A stretch of DNA of 63,525 nucleotides, counting the filler, from Lenisia limosa (lineage: Eukaryota; Protista; Breviatea): assembly GCA_001655205.1 (NCBI GenBank). It is 12 parts of 12 records of this genome, joined end to end, with 100 filler letters (N's around TTAATTAATTAA, not from the genome) between each part and the next. Parts side by side here need not be neighbours in the genome. Positions count along the whole stretch, not along the records: positions 1 to 17,076 come from LPNZ01003003.1; positions 17,177 to 23,879 come from LPNZ01003606.1; positions 23,980 to 25,503 come from LPNZ01002423.1; positions 25,604 to 27,700 come from LPNZ01006158.1; 8 more parts are not named here. One strand, given 5' to 3'. The translations under genes were made by a program, and so were the position numbers. Shown here piece by piece: positions 14,701 through 27,300 of this stretch; within the stretch, counting starts at the first letter, position 1, and each line of letters begins with the position of its first letter. The notes below the pieces were generated by a model that saw only the letters and a program-made list of their open reading frames with translations, ran no database searches and had not been told where the DNA came from.

Positions 14701-17076
14701 CCAGAAAGATATTGCACCATTTGCCATACCTCCGCGGTTCTTGCGCAGTCCCATGTCGGCTGAAAGTCCAGGCTCAGACTGAAAATCGAGCCTCGAATGA
14801 GTTCAGGAACATCGCACGTCATCTGCTGGGGTAAAGCGGAGACATGGGATGCTCATTTCAAGTCGTGAAGAAAAAGGTAAGAGACAACTGCTCTCGTGCT
14901 ACCTGAATTACCACAATATGTGTAGGACACAGGACACTGGAAATTTATCTCAAAAAATATCTGATATACATTACAATTCCACCAGTACGAACAGGACAAA
15001 GATATTTGCAGAGGATTTATATCAATTAAGTCTTCGTACCGAAGCGGGCCCCGCTTACCATGAATTCGCAGGGTTCCACGCCACATGCAGTGATTGCCGA
15101 ACACGCTCCACCGGTTAAGGGGAAGTGGGCTGGTAAGTACACCTGGGGAAAAGGGGGAAGTTTGAGCCAACAATACCACCATGTATCTGCTCATTAAAGC
15201 CAAAACACACATCACTATGTGCCTGGTTTTCAGACTGATAAACCCATCACAGTTTCCTACAGTGACAGGAGCAGCAGCGCGACTCAAGGGACCGGCGTTC
15301 CGTACTATTACTTCCAGATGGGCGGTTTCTAATGGCAGAAGCTGAGTCGGACCTAAGGGGTAATATTGATAGTATGAAGAGCATGTGGGGTCGAGGGGTA
15401 TGTGTTGTGGGGGGATGGCTATGATAAACAACCAAGCAAGCAAAAACCATAATCATGACACGATAGTGATCTCCATTCAAGTGCGCTGCTCACTTGCGAT
15501 AGGAACGACAGACAGGTCTCGCCTCGCAGTGATGTTCAAACTAACAGACGCTGTGTCGTCCAAAGCTCCGGTCGGGTCAGTGTTAGGGAGGCCAGTCTGG
15601 GGTATTATAAGTATTCCGCAGTTGACTTTTATTGTTGTGTTAAAATTCAGAGGATGACCATAATTTTGTGCATTTTAAGTATTCGAAAGTAACATAAACA
15701 ACAGAATGAGTCTCTCCACTTCACTCCATGTTGACCCAGAGACACCAAAGAGTATTTACTGCGATATGACACAGATTGCTAGCTTCATACGATAGTAAAA
15801 ACGGCCTCGGGTTGGAGATTGTCGCTCTCAAGGGTGGTCTCAATCTGATTGTAATTATGGAAGAGATGATGTGTCTCAATGGTCGTTTTTCTGTTAATTA
15901 GGGAAATCATATGTTTAATTTCATTCATTGTATTGAAAAACCTCTTGATCGGCGGCCCTTAGTCAACATACCACAAAGAAGACGCTTGTTGACTGGGAGA
16001 ACAGGACCTCGATGTTGGGTACGGAACAGGTCATAATATCATCAGCAGTGGTGGCGAGGGCTGGGGATTCCACTAATGTTGCTGGGGTACAATAAGTCAA
16101 AGAGTTACAGTGAAATAAAAAAACAATAATAGATTAAATAAATCAAATCAATTAAGCAACAAAAATTAAAATCACAATAATAATAACAATCACAACCTGA
16201 TGTGTTTTATATTTCATTACATACAATGTAGTTCATTCCTGAGTTTACCCCCACTCCCCACCATTACTGCAGATGCTGTTTGGGATGACGGGGTGTGACG
16301 ACGGCGTTTGGATTTGGACCGAAACAAACGACACGGAGCTTCCGGGGAATGATGCCCCGAACTGGAAACTTCCTGAGGGAATCAATTCAGGAAATGTTTT
16401 CGATATAATATGTGTTTTCATTTGCACGGCCCCTTGGGGTTGGCATATAATAACGAAGTGAAAATGAAAGTGTGTAATATAAGTGCGGATTAAAGTATAA
16501 TTTCCACGAACCGGAGTCGGAAGGACCGTTGTTCTTGATAGACACCGTATACCTAGGGGCGTGAAAAGGGCTGGTTGAAATGATTCATTCGGGCTCTCAT
16601 GATTTCCTGCCTGAGAGTTTGCTGATTGGTATTGTAACGAGTATCATATGAATGAGAACACCTTATCCAAGGGGATTCAAAAACAGTCATCTCCCTATCT
16701 CTTTATCTATATATGTATATCTCCCCAATCTGATGTTGCTCTTTCGCCTGGGTTTGAAGATTTAATTTTCTATTTTATAGCTGTGGGAATTTCCAGCTTA
16801 CACCCCCAAACCGCAAGTTATTGGCGTTGAGCGGGTGTGTCGCGTTACCAACATTGTAGGGGACGACGACCGCTGATAAAATCTAGGAGAATCAAACAGA
16901 TGGAAAAAGAGACAACGAAAGTTCCGGTAGACGATTTCCAAGTCGTGTATTATATCATCATCCAAAAGCTCATAGAATCAAACATCAGTAAATTGGGGTA
17001 AAAAAGGAACAGGGTTTAAACCCAGAAGTATTGACATCAGCGGTGGGAACGAAATCAGTTCATTTCCTAAATGAGC
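2400..17076 (-). CDS. Giant type I membrane protein with about 9-10 DUF11/Ig-like repeats and an integrin-alpha-like TM/cytoplasmic tail (5' part missing at contig end)
   Basis: Roughly 40 exons carry recurring DUF11-type motifs: YTVSIKNNGPSD (~16540), FYSIAVENHGPSLARN (~12790), DLPEGLTFVSA (~13910), TDIVPSNNDVTITTTTEVAADVSI (~13200), TLTNTATVSSDA (~11960), IQVINKGPAID (~8310). The last four exons splice in phase to ...SFNWNQAFGAGGGVFVVACVLWKSGFFR|KKKIPEREAGLEELDDVDFSDG|EIDDDIGDDDGWAL*, with TAA at 2402-2400. Confidence 0.75.
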
Positions 17077-17176
17077 NNNNNNNNNNNNNNNNNNNNNNNN
17101 NNNNNNNNNNNNNNNNNNNNTTAATTAATTAANNNNNNNNNNNNNNNNNNNNNNNNNNNNNNNNNNNNNNNNNNNN
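17077..17176. other. Artificial contig spacer N44-TTAATTAATTAA-N44 (representative of 11)
   Basis: An identical 12-mer with stops in all frames sits inside N runs at 17121, 23924, 25548, 27745, 31247, 36142, 38267, 41275, 57695, 59614 and 62369. Confidence 0.97.
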
Positions 17177-17177
17177 A

Positions 17178-20100
17178 CGCAACTCTTTCGACAAAGCCCG
17201 TGGAAGAGCCATTGAGGGATGATGACGAAGAAGAAGATAAATGTGAGGGGGGGGGGTAAACGAAGGAAATTTCGATGAAGAATATTGGCATAAAGGTACT
17301 AATCACGATCCTCAATTGTACATTGTTTTCTACATCAATTACATCTGTCTTCGAGACCAATCCTCAATCGAAGTACTGAGTATCTTCTTCATTCAAAATT
17401 AATAAACTCTCAATTGCATTCATCATTACCACCACTGTAATATTACCCAACAGTGGTTTTTATAAATATCAGCTATTGTAATGACCCCACGTTCATCTTC
17501 ATCACACCCCCCCCCCCCTCACATTTCACGTTATTGCTTGTTTTTTTTTTGTTTTTTGTTTGGAGTTTCAGATTATTCGGTTCTCGAAGACNNNNNNNNN
17601 NNNNNNNNNNNNNNNNNNNNNNNNNNNNNNNNNNNNNNNNNNNNNNNNNNNNNNNNNNNNNNNNNNNNNNNNNNNNNNNNNNNNNNNNNNNNNNNNNNNN
17701 NNNNNNNNNNNNNNNNNNNNNNNNNNNNNNNNNNNNNNNNNNNNNNNNNNNNNNNNNNNNNNNNNNNNNNNNNNNNNNNNNNNNNNNNNNNNNNNNNNNN
17801 NNNNGGAACCTCAGTATTATGTATGCAGTTCAAATATAATATTATTCGGAGCGATTAAAGTGATATTTTTTTGGGATGAACCTTATCTTTTTAATATCGA
17901 TGTAGTGTATGATATATTATCACAGAGTTGGTTTCAAAGTAATGGGTAGGGCTCTTTTTAATTGTAAATTCAGAGCCTCCAACCCAGCCACAGGACGGAC
18001 TGATCAAAACCAATCAGAAGGTCCCAAACCGATTCAAAGTTGGTTTATCGGATTCAGTTGATATCTTGTTATTTTATATTATTGGTTCTTCTTTTTTTTT
18101 TTCTTTTTTATATTGTGGATGCAAATATGTTCAAAATTTGACAGAAAAATATCCTTGATAAAGTGATGGAGGTATTTTAATTTTCGATATTATGATTATT
18201 GTAACTAATAAAGAAGGACTACAATATTTTTTTTAAACACAACCATCTAGACTTAAATATTGGATTATGTTCTCTGGCTATGTTTACCATGCTCTTTGAC
18301 CCTCTTTAGAACGCATCAAAATACACGCATTATTCATTAGAAGGAGCTGAGGTAGGGTTCTTGAGTCAATCTTTCTCTACAGTATGTAACATCATACATG
18401 TAATTATTGTACACTTGCGTAATCTTTTTGGTTTGGGATTAATCAAATTAACTTCTGTTTTTATTAAAATTGCTAAAACATTAGATGACTGAAGCATCCA
18501 ACAGAGACGCTGCGCTTTCCTTCATGCGGGAAAAGTGAGAGGGGTATAATGAGAGCTGTTTATTTTTGTTCGATCGTAAGAATGACAATCCCCAGAACCA
18601 CCTCCTTTAGTTTCTTTTATATTTTCAAATGTTGAACTGTCTACTCTTTGAGGCTTTCGGGACCTATCACGCCACTTAAGCGTGGTCTAAACGTACAATT
18701 CACTCCCCAGGCAAAGAGCCTCAATGGTGTCGTATTCAAAGGGGCGTCAGCAATATTCCCCGAAAAAGGGCCAGCCAAGACCCGACGTATGCAAAATGGG
18801 GAGATTCGTACGACGAAATAGAGTGGAAATGGAACAATTCCAATATTTCTTTCAAGGAATTTGATACGTCTTACTTTTTCAGTGGGTAAATTGTCATATG
18901 ACAAATAAATATTTATTGTATAAACCTATAGACACATTGTCGCAGATTTATTTTTAAGTAATGTATTTGTCCAGATTGATGAGCGTATGAAGCATGGTGA
19001 CGGCGAGCCCGCAATGGAGAGCGAAGATGATGAGGAGGATGAAGGTGACGCACCAACTAAGGTTTGTCGTGCTTGGGTCGTACAGTAACATTAGAAATGA
19101 TTGGGTGAATTAATATTATGTATCCATCCAAGATCTTTTTTCAGTGTGATGGTGTGACGGCTTCAGTCAGATATTATCTTGCTATTTCTGCTTTTTAGTA
19201 AGGCTTAAAGGTCCTAAATAACTCTCAAATAGGATACTATAATATATTAATAGTATATATCAATTCTGTCTTTTTTTGGATAGAAGTCCCCTTTGGATAT
19301 CCTACGATTTAACCCCCCCCCCCTCCTTGGATATCCTTACGATTTAGGTTGTGTTTGTTCCGAGGAGTAAGAGGTCCGAAAAGGCTGCCCTCAAAACCAC
19401 CCGGGAATACCAGAACGAAACAGGTCGCGTGCTGCCTACGTTACAGGTTGGATGATGAGTAGGGTGTGATTGTCAGAGATTTTTTAAAAAATATGCTGCT
19501 TTAAAATTTTTGTTTCATTAGTATTTTGTTTCATTAGTATTTTGTTTCATTAGTATTTTGTTTCATTAGTATTTTGTTTCAATTTGCATATCCCTTCCCT
19601 CCATAATACATCCCTTCTACCTTGAGCTTCGCTACGGTCATTGAATCTGTTGACTGATGATGTATGTAATCCGTTGGAGTTTTACCTGTAACTCCTCTCC
19701 TCCCAGATTGGGCAAGCCAAAGCAAGTACTTCTGTTCCCCCAAAAAAGAAGGCAAACAAGGACACCGTTTCAAAATGCCAGGTATTTGGGGTGGAAGCTA
19801 GTAGGAGACACGCAGAAAGCTGTGTACACAGAGTTGTAAGGTCAAATGATTGGTAAATAATTCTTATATATATGATATATAATATATTATATATAATTCA
19901 ATATCTCTTGTATAAGCGTGATGATGTGGACAGCTTCGGCCAGATACAATCTTGTTTTATTTCTCATCTCTACATACATACTGTACATATCATATATCAT
20001 ATCTAATATCCCTAATAAACTGCCAGCTTCCGCTAGATACTAGTTTTGTTCTCAAATATACTGTACTATATATATACATGTATATTATCGATATATATAT

Positions 20101-20258
20101 ATATATATTGATATATCATATCATATGTACATTTTGTATGAACCCCTTTAAACCCTGAAAAGTCTCAAGTGCTAGTGAGACCTTTTATTTTCTTATTCCA
20201 TATGCTGTTCTCACCATTTCAGCTGAGTATGAGCATGGATGTGGAAGATGAGGATTAA
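17178..20258 (+). CDS. TSSC4: TSSC4-like U5 snRNP chaperone (5' truncated)
   Basis: Exons ~17975-18039, 18310-18351 and 18485-18534 splice in phase to VPNRFK-NASKYTHYSLEGAE-MTEASNRDAALSFMREK. This matches the recalled TSSC4 motif P..V.NP.KWTKYSL.D...S..SN...AL.FL. An acidic C-terminus ends LSMSMDVEDED* (TAA 20256-20258). Confidence 0.7.
19515..19580. repeat. 16-bp tandem repeat in a TSSC4 intron
   Basis: (TTTTGTTTCATTAGTA)n, about 4 units. Confidence 0.85.
19820..19972. repeat. Dispersed repeat family B (core ~55 bp, up to ~150 bp), unclassified
   Basis: Core GCGTGATGATGTGGACGGCTTCGGCCAGATACAACCTTGTTTTATTTCTCATT. About 13 copies in both orientations: ~19916, 21590, 22548, 25250, 35059, 36720, 39855, 44858, 46345, 46805, 49885, 59990, 63338. 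Confidence 0.8.
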
Positions 20259-20754
20259 GAAACGTTTTTTTGTCGTTTATGGTATCTATTGTGAGATTTT
20301 TTATCATCTGTAATGGAATTGTATTTTTTGATGTATTAGATGTCCTCGATTTGATAAAGACACTAAATCCAGTGTTTGGTTGCTCAACAGTTTTACAACT
20401 CTACAACTCTACAACCCCACAATAACTGTCCCAACTTGTTCCCAACTTCCTTATTCCCTTATTCACAAATTATTCATCCCTTATTTCAATCCAACTTGAT
20501 TTGTTCAGACTGATTCTAGGAGCTATTGTGGTAATTATATAGTGTACTCCTAGCTCTAGAGGGTGGGCAAAACAACAATTAAAAGTTGTACCAGTGTAGT
20601 AAAAAGGATTTTGTTAATTTTTTGCCAGGGAGAAAGAGAGAAAAAAGAGACAGAAAAGAACACAAGAGAGAAGCTGGCGGACAATAACAGAGTGAGAAGT
20701 ACAATGTAAAAAAGGTGAATAGATTTTGTGAATCTTCTGCTCGCCCCTTTAACG

Positions 20755-23627
20755 ATGTCGTTGCCTCCTGGATGGGTAAGCTACAGTGTTAATGTTATTC
20801 ATATGATCTGATGTCTCTCTCCTGCTTTCCTCGCTCCCCTAACGGATTCCTCCCTTTGATCATTGTTATGGTCCTTGATTGAGGGAACTGATGGAGAAAC
20901 TCTGGTGGTGTTGATAATTATTGGATTGTAATGATGATATGATTCGGAGAGGGGTAGTCAACGAAGGGATTCTTTCATAATTCTGGTTGTCATAAAAACG
21001 TTATCTATGAACACCTCTATTCATAATCATCATCCTTTAACGTGATAATGTTGACGGCTTTGACCAGATAAATAGGTTCTTTTTGAGATATTATAGTTTT
21101 TGACTTCGATTGTGGGATATATTAACTATGACCTGTGGTTCTGAACCGCTTTTCTCGAAAACAGAGCCTCTTTGATGATAGGTCTGAAGAGCAACTACAC
21201 TGTAAACTACTATAAACATGATGGAATGAACAACTTCGGTCAGATACTCAAACAATATCCCTTATAAACATGATGAAGTGGATAGCTTCTATTCATGACG
21301 GCTTTGACTTATTATAGATCTACTCTAAAGACTATCATATCAGTTATTAACATGGAGCTTTTGACCTGCTGCTTTTTAATTCAGTTTTGACTGCCACCAA
21401 TGTTACAATACGTGATGCTTCCCTAGCGCTTTTCGAATTTATCGAAAAAAATCCGCGATAAATAGAGAGATTTTCCTGTCTTTTTCGGACTTGAGGGAAG
21501 TCCTCGTCACCCCCACACGAATCATTTTCAATGGAGACTTTCTCTTTAATTAAATATGACTTACTGAGTCTTCATGAAGCAGTTTCTATTCCAGCTTCGG
21601 CCAGATACAACCTTTTTTTATTTCTCATTTCTATTTTATATAATATACCGACTTGTGTTAATTCCATTTGCAGCGGGAACTATCCACTGAGGAGGGCAAA
21701 GTCTACTATTGTAATGATCAGACCGGCGCAGTCACCTGGGAGAGGCCTACTGGTGGGCTCGGTTCAAAAAAAAAACACTGAAATTCTCGATAAATCCTCG
21801 AAAACTATCGATATTTTAACAGTATTTTTCGAACCGAAGTGAAGCCCTGGTCGGGGCTTATGTACAGAGGGATGGGTCTGTTAGGTTCTGGTGGTGGTTA
21901 TTGGGACGTACGTGTGGGGGTACTAGTTGCAGACGGCTTAGAGGGGTGCTAGTTGCAGAAAAATTTGAGGGCTTTGAGTTGCAGACAGGTTAGAGGGCTA
22001 GTTCTTGAGTGTGTGTGTGTGGGGTAGGGCGTTGATGAGAGGAATGAGATTTTTAGTGGTTCCGTGTACTTTGCTCGTTCCGCTGGGTTAACTACTATTA
22101 TATATTTTCTTACAAACATTCCAGAGGAGCCCACCCTGGCAGCAGCAGCATCGCAATCGTCCCTACCGTCCGTCCCATCAATTCCACAGGTAGGCTTTGT
22201 GTCGGAATATTCAGTGGCGTCATGGACGAAATACGACCGAGAGAATCCGAGGTTAAATGAAAAACACAATAAAGACAGTCAAGTTTCATGTTATTCCTGG
22301 CGGCTCGTGGGCTTCGTTGCATCAATTTTGCTTGTACTCAGTCGTATTAAAAAAGNNNNNNNNNNNNNNNNNNNNNNNNNNNNNNNNNNNNNNNNNNNNN
22401 NNNNNNNNNNNNNNNNNNNNNNNNNNNNNNNNNNNNNNNNNNNNNNNNNNNNNNNNNNATTAATTTTGCATATATTTCTATATTATCGCTCGTTTTTCAG
22501 ACTGAGGTGATGTCCTAATTGTATACAGTGACTTGGGTAAGTCTTGAACAATAGAGGCATATTTATTTACACAGTGCTCAGTTCAATATCTCTATTAGCG
22601 TAATGGTATGGACTGCTTCGGCCAGATATCTCTTCATTCGATATGGTCAATGTATGTAAAAACGGCTGCGCTTAGCGTTACCAATTCGTATCAATTTTGT
22701 TTACCGCCATTAGAGAGATATTTTAACTGTTTTTTTGGGGAAAGAAAATTCATAATACAATCAAGATTTACAGAAGATTACATTGAAAACCTATTTGAAA
22801 CCCTCAATAGATACTGCAGTTTTGACAGTCAGTTTCCATTTATCGAATATGGTAAATACGGTGAGCTTTACTCAAAGACACATTCACTCTAATGTTCATT
22901 TACTACGGTTGCACTCCACTACGAAAAAGACAGGTAAACTTTCGAATTATATCGAGGGTTTATCGAGAAATTTAATCATTTTCTGGGATCGGAGTGAACC
23001 CTAATACTACGTAACAGTTCCTCTTAACCGCCTAGGTTGTGCCTTCGTCAGGGGATGCGGATCTAGAAGCCCAATTAGCGGTAAGTATAGTTGCTGTTGA
23101 CTCTCTAGGTTGTTATTTTGGAACGAAATCCAAATATTCCTGTATTAGAGCTAGGGCTTCACTTCGTTTTACAAAATATGACTGAATCCTTGATAAATCC
23201 TCAATAAACCTCTTGGCATAGGAATGAAGCCCTACTTAGAGCCACTAATTTGATGGCGTTCAACCATCTTCATATTTCCGACAATTGTGTCATGGTAGAT
23301 ATGTTTTGCCAAGCCTGAACAAGATTATAGAAGCAAATGTCAATTTTCTTAGTAATAATATTGCTCCACTTGTTCCTTGCAAACAGCTTTGTACAGTCAT
23401 ATATTCCCCCCAGATTAGATACATACTATNNNNNNNNNNNNNNNNNNNNNNNNNNNNNNNNNNNNNNNNNNNNNNNNNNNNNNNNNNNNNNNNNNNNNNN
23501 NNNNNNNNNNNNNNNNNNNNNNNNNNNNNNNNNNNNNNNNNNNNNNNNNNNNNNNNNNNNNNNNNNNNNNAAAAGGCACGCGGTGATAGTCTCTCAAAAG
23601 AACTTGCCACTCTCAAAGTAGGCCCCA
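20755..23627 (+). CDS. N-terminal WW-domain protein (3' part beyond the contig spacer)
   Basis: ATG 20755 gives MSLPPGW, then GT 20776...AG 21673, then RELSTEEGKVYYCNDQTGAVTWERPT, a canonical WW domain. Later exons: EEPTLAAAASQSSLPSVPSIPQ, VVPSSGDADLEAQLA, KARGDSLSKELATLK. Confidence 0.82.
23152..23234. mobile_element. hAT-type MITE, family A
   Basis: Same TIRs; TSD attagagc/cttagagc (7/8). Confidence 0.82.
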
Positions 23628-24395
23628 GCATTTTGTCCATTTATTCCTGAAAAGTCTTGATACTGATCACATCTCGATGGCTAAAACAAACAGTTTCACA
23701 ATTTTATAATGTTATTCCCTCAGTGCTGACTTTTTTTTACGCAAAAAATTCGTGTTGCAAGTCAACAGAGTTGATTATAGGTTATTATACATCATACACA
23801 TCTTACATATCGACATATATCGGTGTTATCATATAAAATTTTCTTTTTTTTACCCGCTGTCTCATTTGTCTCTCTTCTTNNNNNNNNNNNNNNNNNNNNN
23901 NNNNNNNNNNNNNNNNNNNNNNNTTAATTAATTAANNNNNNNNNNNNNNNNNNNNNNNNNNNNNNNNNNNNNNNNNNNNGTTCTTCCCGCCTCTCAACTG
24001 TGTCTCGCCAATATTCTTCTTCTCATTTCACCCCTTCCCACACAATCCTTGCCTTATATGGAAGTAAAACATGCTTTTCTTATGGTGATGAAGAACATAA
24101 AAAACACTTTCCTTTATTGGAAAGGCGAATCAAGATTGACTGTATTAGTATATCTCACTTTTTGACCTTCATTTACACTAATTGTCCATGTTTACTTCCT
24201 TATTCCATTTTCATCCCAATTTTCTAATTTTGTACGCTGGAGTGATGGGATGCGGTGCTGCAGAAGCGACTGNNNNNNNNNNNNNNNNNNNNNNNNNNNN
24301 NNNNNNNNNNNNNNNNNNNNNNNNNNNNNNNNNNNNNNNNNNNNNNNNNNNNNNNNNNNNNNNNNNNNNNNNNNNNNNNNNNNNNNNNNNNNNNN

Positions 24396-27300
24396 ACCTT
24401 GTTACCCTCCCTGAGGCTCAAGGTTCTCCAGCAGCCTAAAAACTCTGTGAGGGGATTTGGTTTGTATTCTTGGGTGTTGCTGTTGTTTTGGTATTCTTGA
24501 CCCAAAGTACGTCGACTAGATAACCTGTGGAGGGTGTGGGTGTGTAGGCGTTCTTCTCGACACATGGTGATTTAAGTAGTTTCCTCAAGTAGATAGCTAA
24601 CCGATTTTTCTAAGTGTGTTTGGGTGTGGGGGGAGGGGGGACCACTAATTCTTTGTTTCATTAATATTTCACCATCCCTAACCCTGCAGGTGAAAATCAC
24701 TTCCGAAGGCAGCCAAATAGTCATGGACGCGGTGAACGGTACCACTATCCCCCAAATGGTGCTTTACCCCGTGGAGAAAAATGACAACGTGGGGGGGGGG
24801 GCTAGATACAATAGTATAGGAATAACATAAAAAAAATATCAGAAATAAACATGTACAATATATGCATATCTAGGGCTTCCCTGTAGTCCGAACAAGACCT
24901 GTAAAATATCGATATTTATTGAGGTATTATCGATATTTTGTCTTTTTTGGGACCATAGGGAAGCTCAACAGTATTGATCAAGATATTTTCATGTATATAT
25001 ACAGTATATACCGTTATGTATATTGATATAGAAATACCAAAATGATATGTATTGAGAGGGGGGGGGGGCAGATGGTGATTTATCTCGTGGAACAACATGG
25101 CGATGTAGCGACGTGGGGGTGGCTTCGGTTCGGAAAATATGGGTAAAATATCGAGTTTTCGAGGATTTATCGAGAAATTCAGTCTTTTTTGAACCGAAGT
25201 GAAGCCCTAATTGAGAGGGAGGAGACTTAGTAGCATATAGAATTGAGATATCAAACAAGACTGTCTGGTTGAAGCCGTCCACAACATCACGCTTATAAGA
25301 GGTATTGAAATTGTGTCTTTATTCACCCAATAATTTGCCTTACAGCTCTGTGCACACAGTTTCTGCGGATATAGTGTGCACATGAATAGAGGATAAATAC
25401 ACATGCATGTATTCATGTATTGAGGTGAGGGACATACATATATACATAGGTGGGGGGACATGACCGTGTCCAGGGACATGACCGTGTCCACTTTTTAAAA
25501 AATNNNNNNNNNNNNNNNNNNNNNNNNNNNNNNNNNNNNNNNNNNNNTTAATTAATTAANNNNNNNNNNNNNNNNNNNNNNNNNNNNNNNNNNNNNNNNN
25601 NNNGAACCTAAAAACTATCCCTAACCTTCGTATTCCACTACTCCAAAAGAAGGGCAAGATCCTATCCACCTAACCTATTAGCTGGAGTGAGGCTTCGGAG
25701 GAGAGGGCCCCTTGCAGCCCCGCCCAAGATCGAGCTCACTGAAGCTGAAAAACGTGGGGGGTTATTTGGGAGTCATTTAATGTGCCCGAAAAAAGAGGGT
25801 AGTGGGAAGGGGGTGTCTTTACGCTGGTTCAATACTGACTGGAATTGTATCATTTATTATTTTTTGGGTGTGCAGGATTGACATGCATACCATCACGAAT
25901 CCCTAAATTCCTCTGCTTAGAGCGGAGAGAAGAGGAACGACAGATGAGAGAAGCCCTGGGCGAGCAGAGGGAGAACTACAAGAAATCCGTGGGCAACTAG
26001 AATACATCAGGATTCCATTGTTCTCTCCCTAACTGGCCCCCCAATACGCTGTTTATTTGTTCCTGTTTCCGCTCACCTTGCTGCAGGTCTTAACCCGATT
26101 GGCCCCACTCTTGAACAAAACCGTCGACAAATTTGAGTTTGAGCTCATCGAGAAGCCCCAGAGCATGTGGCTGTGGGTTTTATATTATTTCTGTCTTCGC
26201 CCAAGGCCATACTCCCTAATTTTCCTTCGTTTTACATTCGGATTTCACTTCTCAAGGGAAGAAGTTGTCGGCGAGCAGAAGCTGATTATGCACGTCATTT
26301 TCCGCAATGAGCGAAATGTGTTTATTGTATTCCGCAGTGAAACGGCACCCGACTCAAATCAACTTTTGGAGGTGGGGGGGGGGGATGCGCTCTGAGGTGT
26401 GAAGTCGAAATCTAGCCGGTGGNNNNNNNNNNNNNNNNNNNNNNNNNNNNNNNNNNNNNNNNNNNNNNNNNNNNNNNNNNNNNNNNNNNNTCATTACCTT
26501 TTAATTCAGTATATTTGGGTTTATACGTCATCTCCTTCCTGACGTCGTAGCTCCAAGACCCGGAGCGCTATAAGGAGCTTGTGGCCTTCAAGGAAAAGGA
26601 GCGTTGGAGGGCGGTTGTTGACATGATATGGAAGAATATTATGTGGAAAGAAAAGCGCACCCGGGGGTGTGTACTATGATATAGTATATAGTACAATTTC
26701 TATGATGTAATAGCATATACACATGAAAAATCAGACTTGTGATGGCCCTTTCAGCTGAGCTTGAAGAGGAAAAGCGCCGGCTGAATAAGATGCGGCAGCA
26801 AGAGGCCCAGAACCTGAAGAAACTCAACGAGGAAAACCTCAACAAACCCGCTACTGAGGTATGTTCATGTGCCCTGTACTTGAGACTGCCTTCTTCTATT
26901 TTTTTTGAAACATTTTTAAGCTAAAAAGACGGCTTACTCCCCAGATGAAATCCTTGATCTACGATGAGACGAAGGATCGAAGAACAATGGAGGAAATCCA
27001 AAGTGATCTCCAGGTTGGCTGGCTGTTTGCCTTGTTTTTTTTTTGTTTTTTTACTTTTACTTCTTTGTCCTCGTGTTGTTGTACCCGTCTTGTCATTACT
27101 TGTTTTAGTTACGAACCCCGAAATGTTACATAAATGCTTAGANNNNNNNNNNNNNNNNNNNNNNNNNNNNNNNNNNNNNNNNNNNNNNNNNNNNNNNNNN
27201 NNNNNNNNNNNNNNNNNNNNNNNNNAATGATAGTATCAGCTTATAGATTCAATCAAAAAAACTAGAATAGCAACACTAATTATAAACAAAACAGCAAAGA

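Noticed and set aside
18641-18904. 87-aa minus-strand ORF
   Set aside because: It is antisense to a phase-compatible plus-strand TSSC4 exon (~18711-18786).
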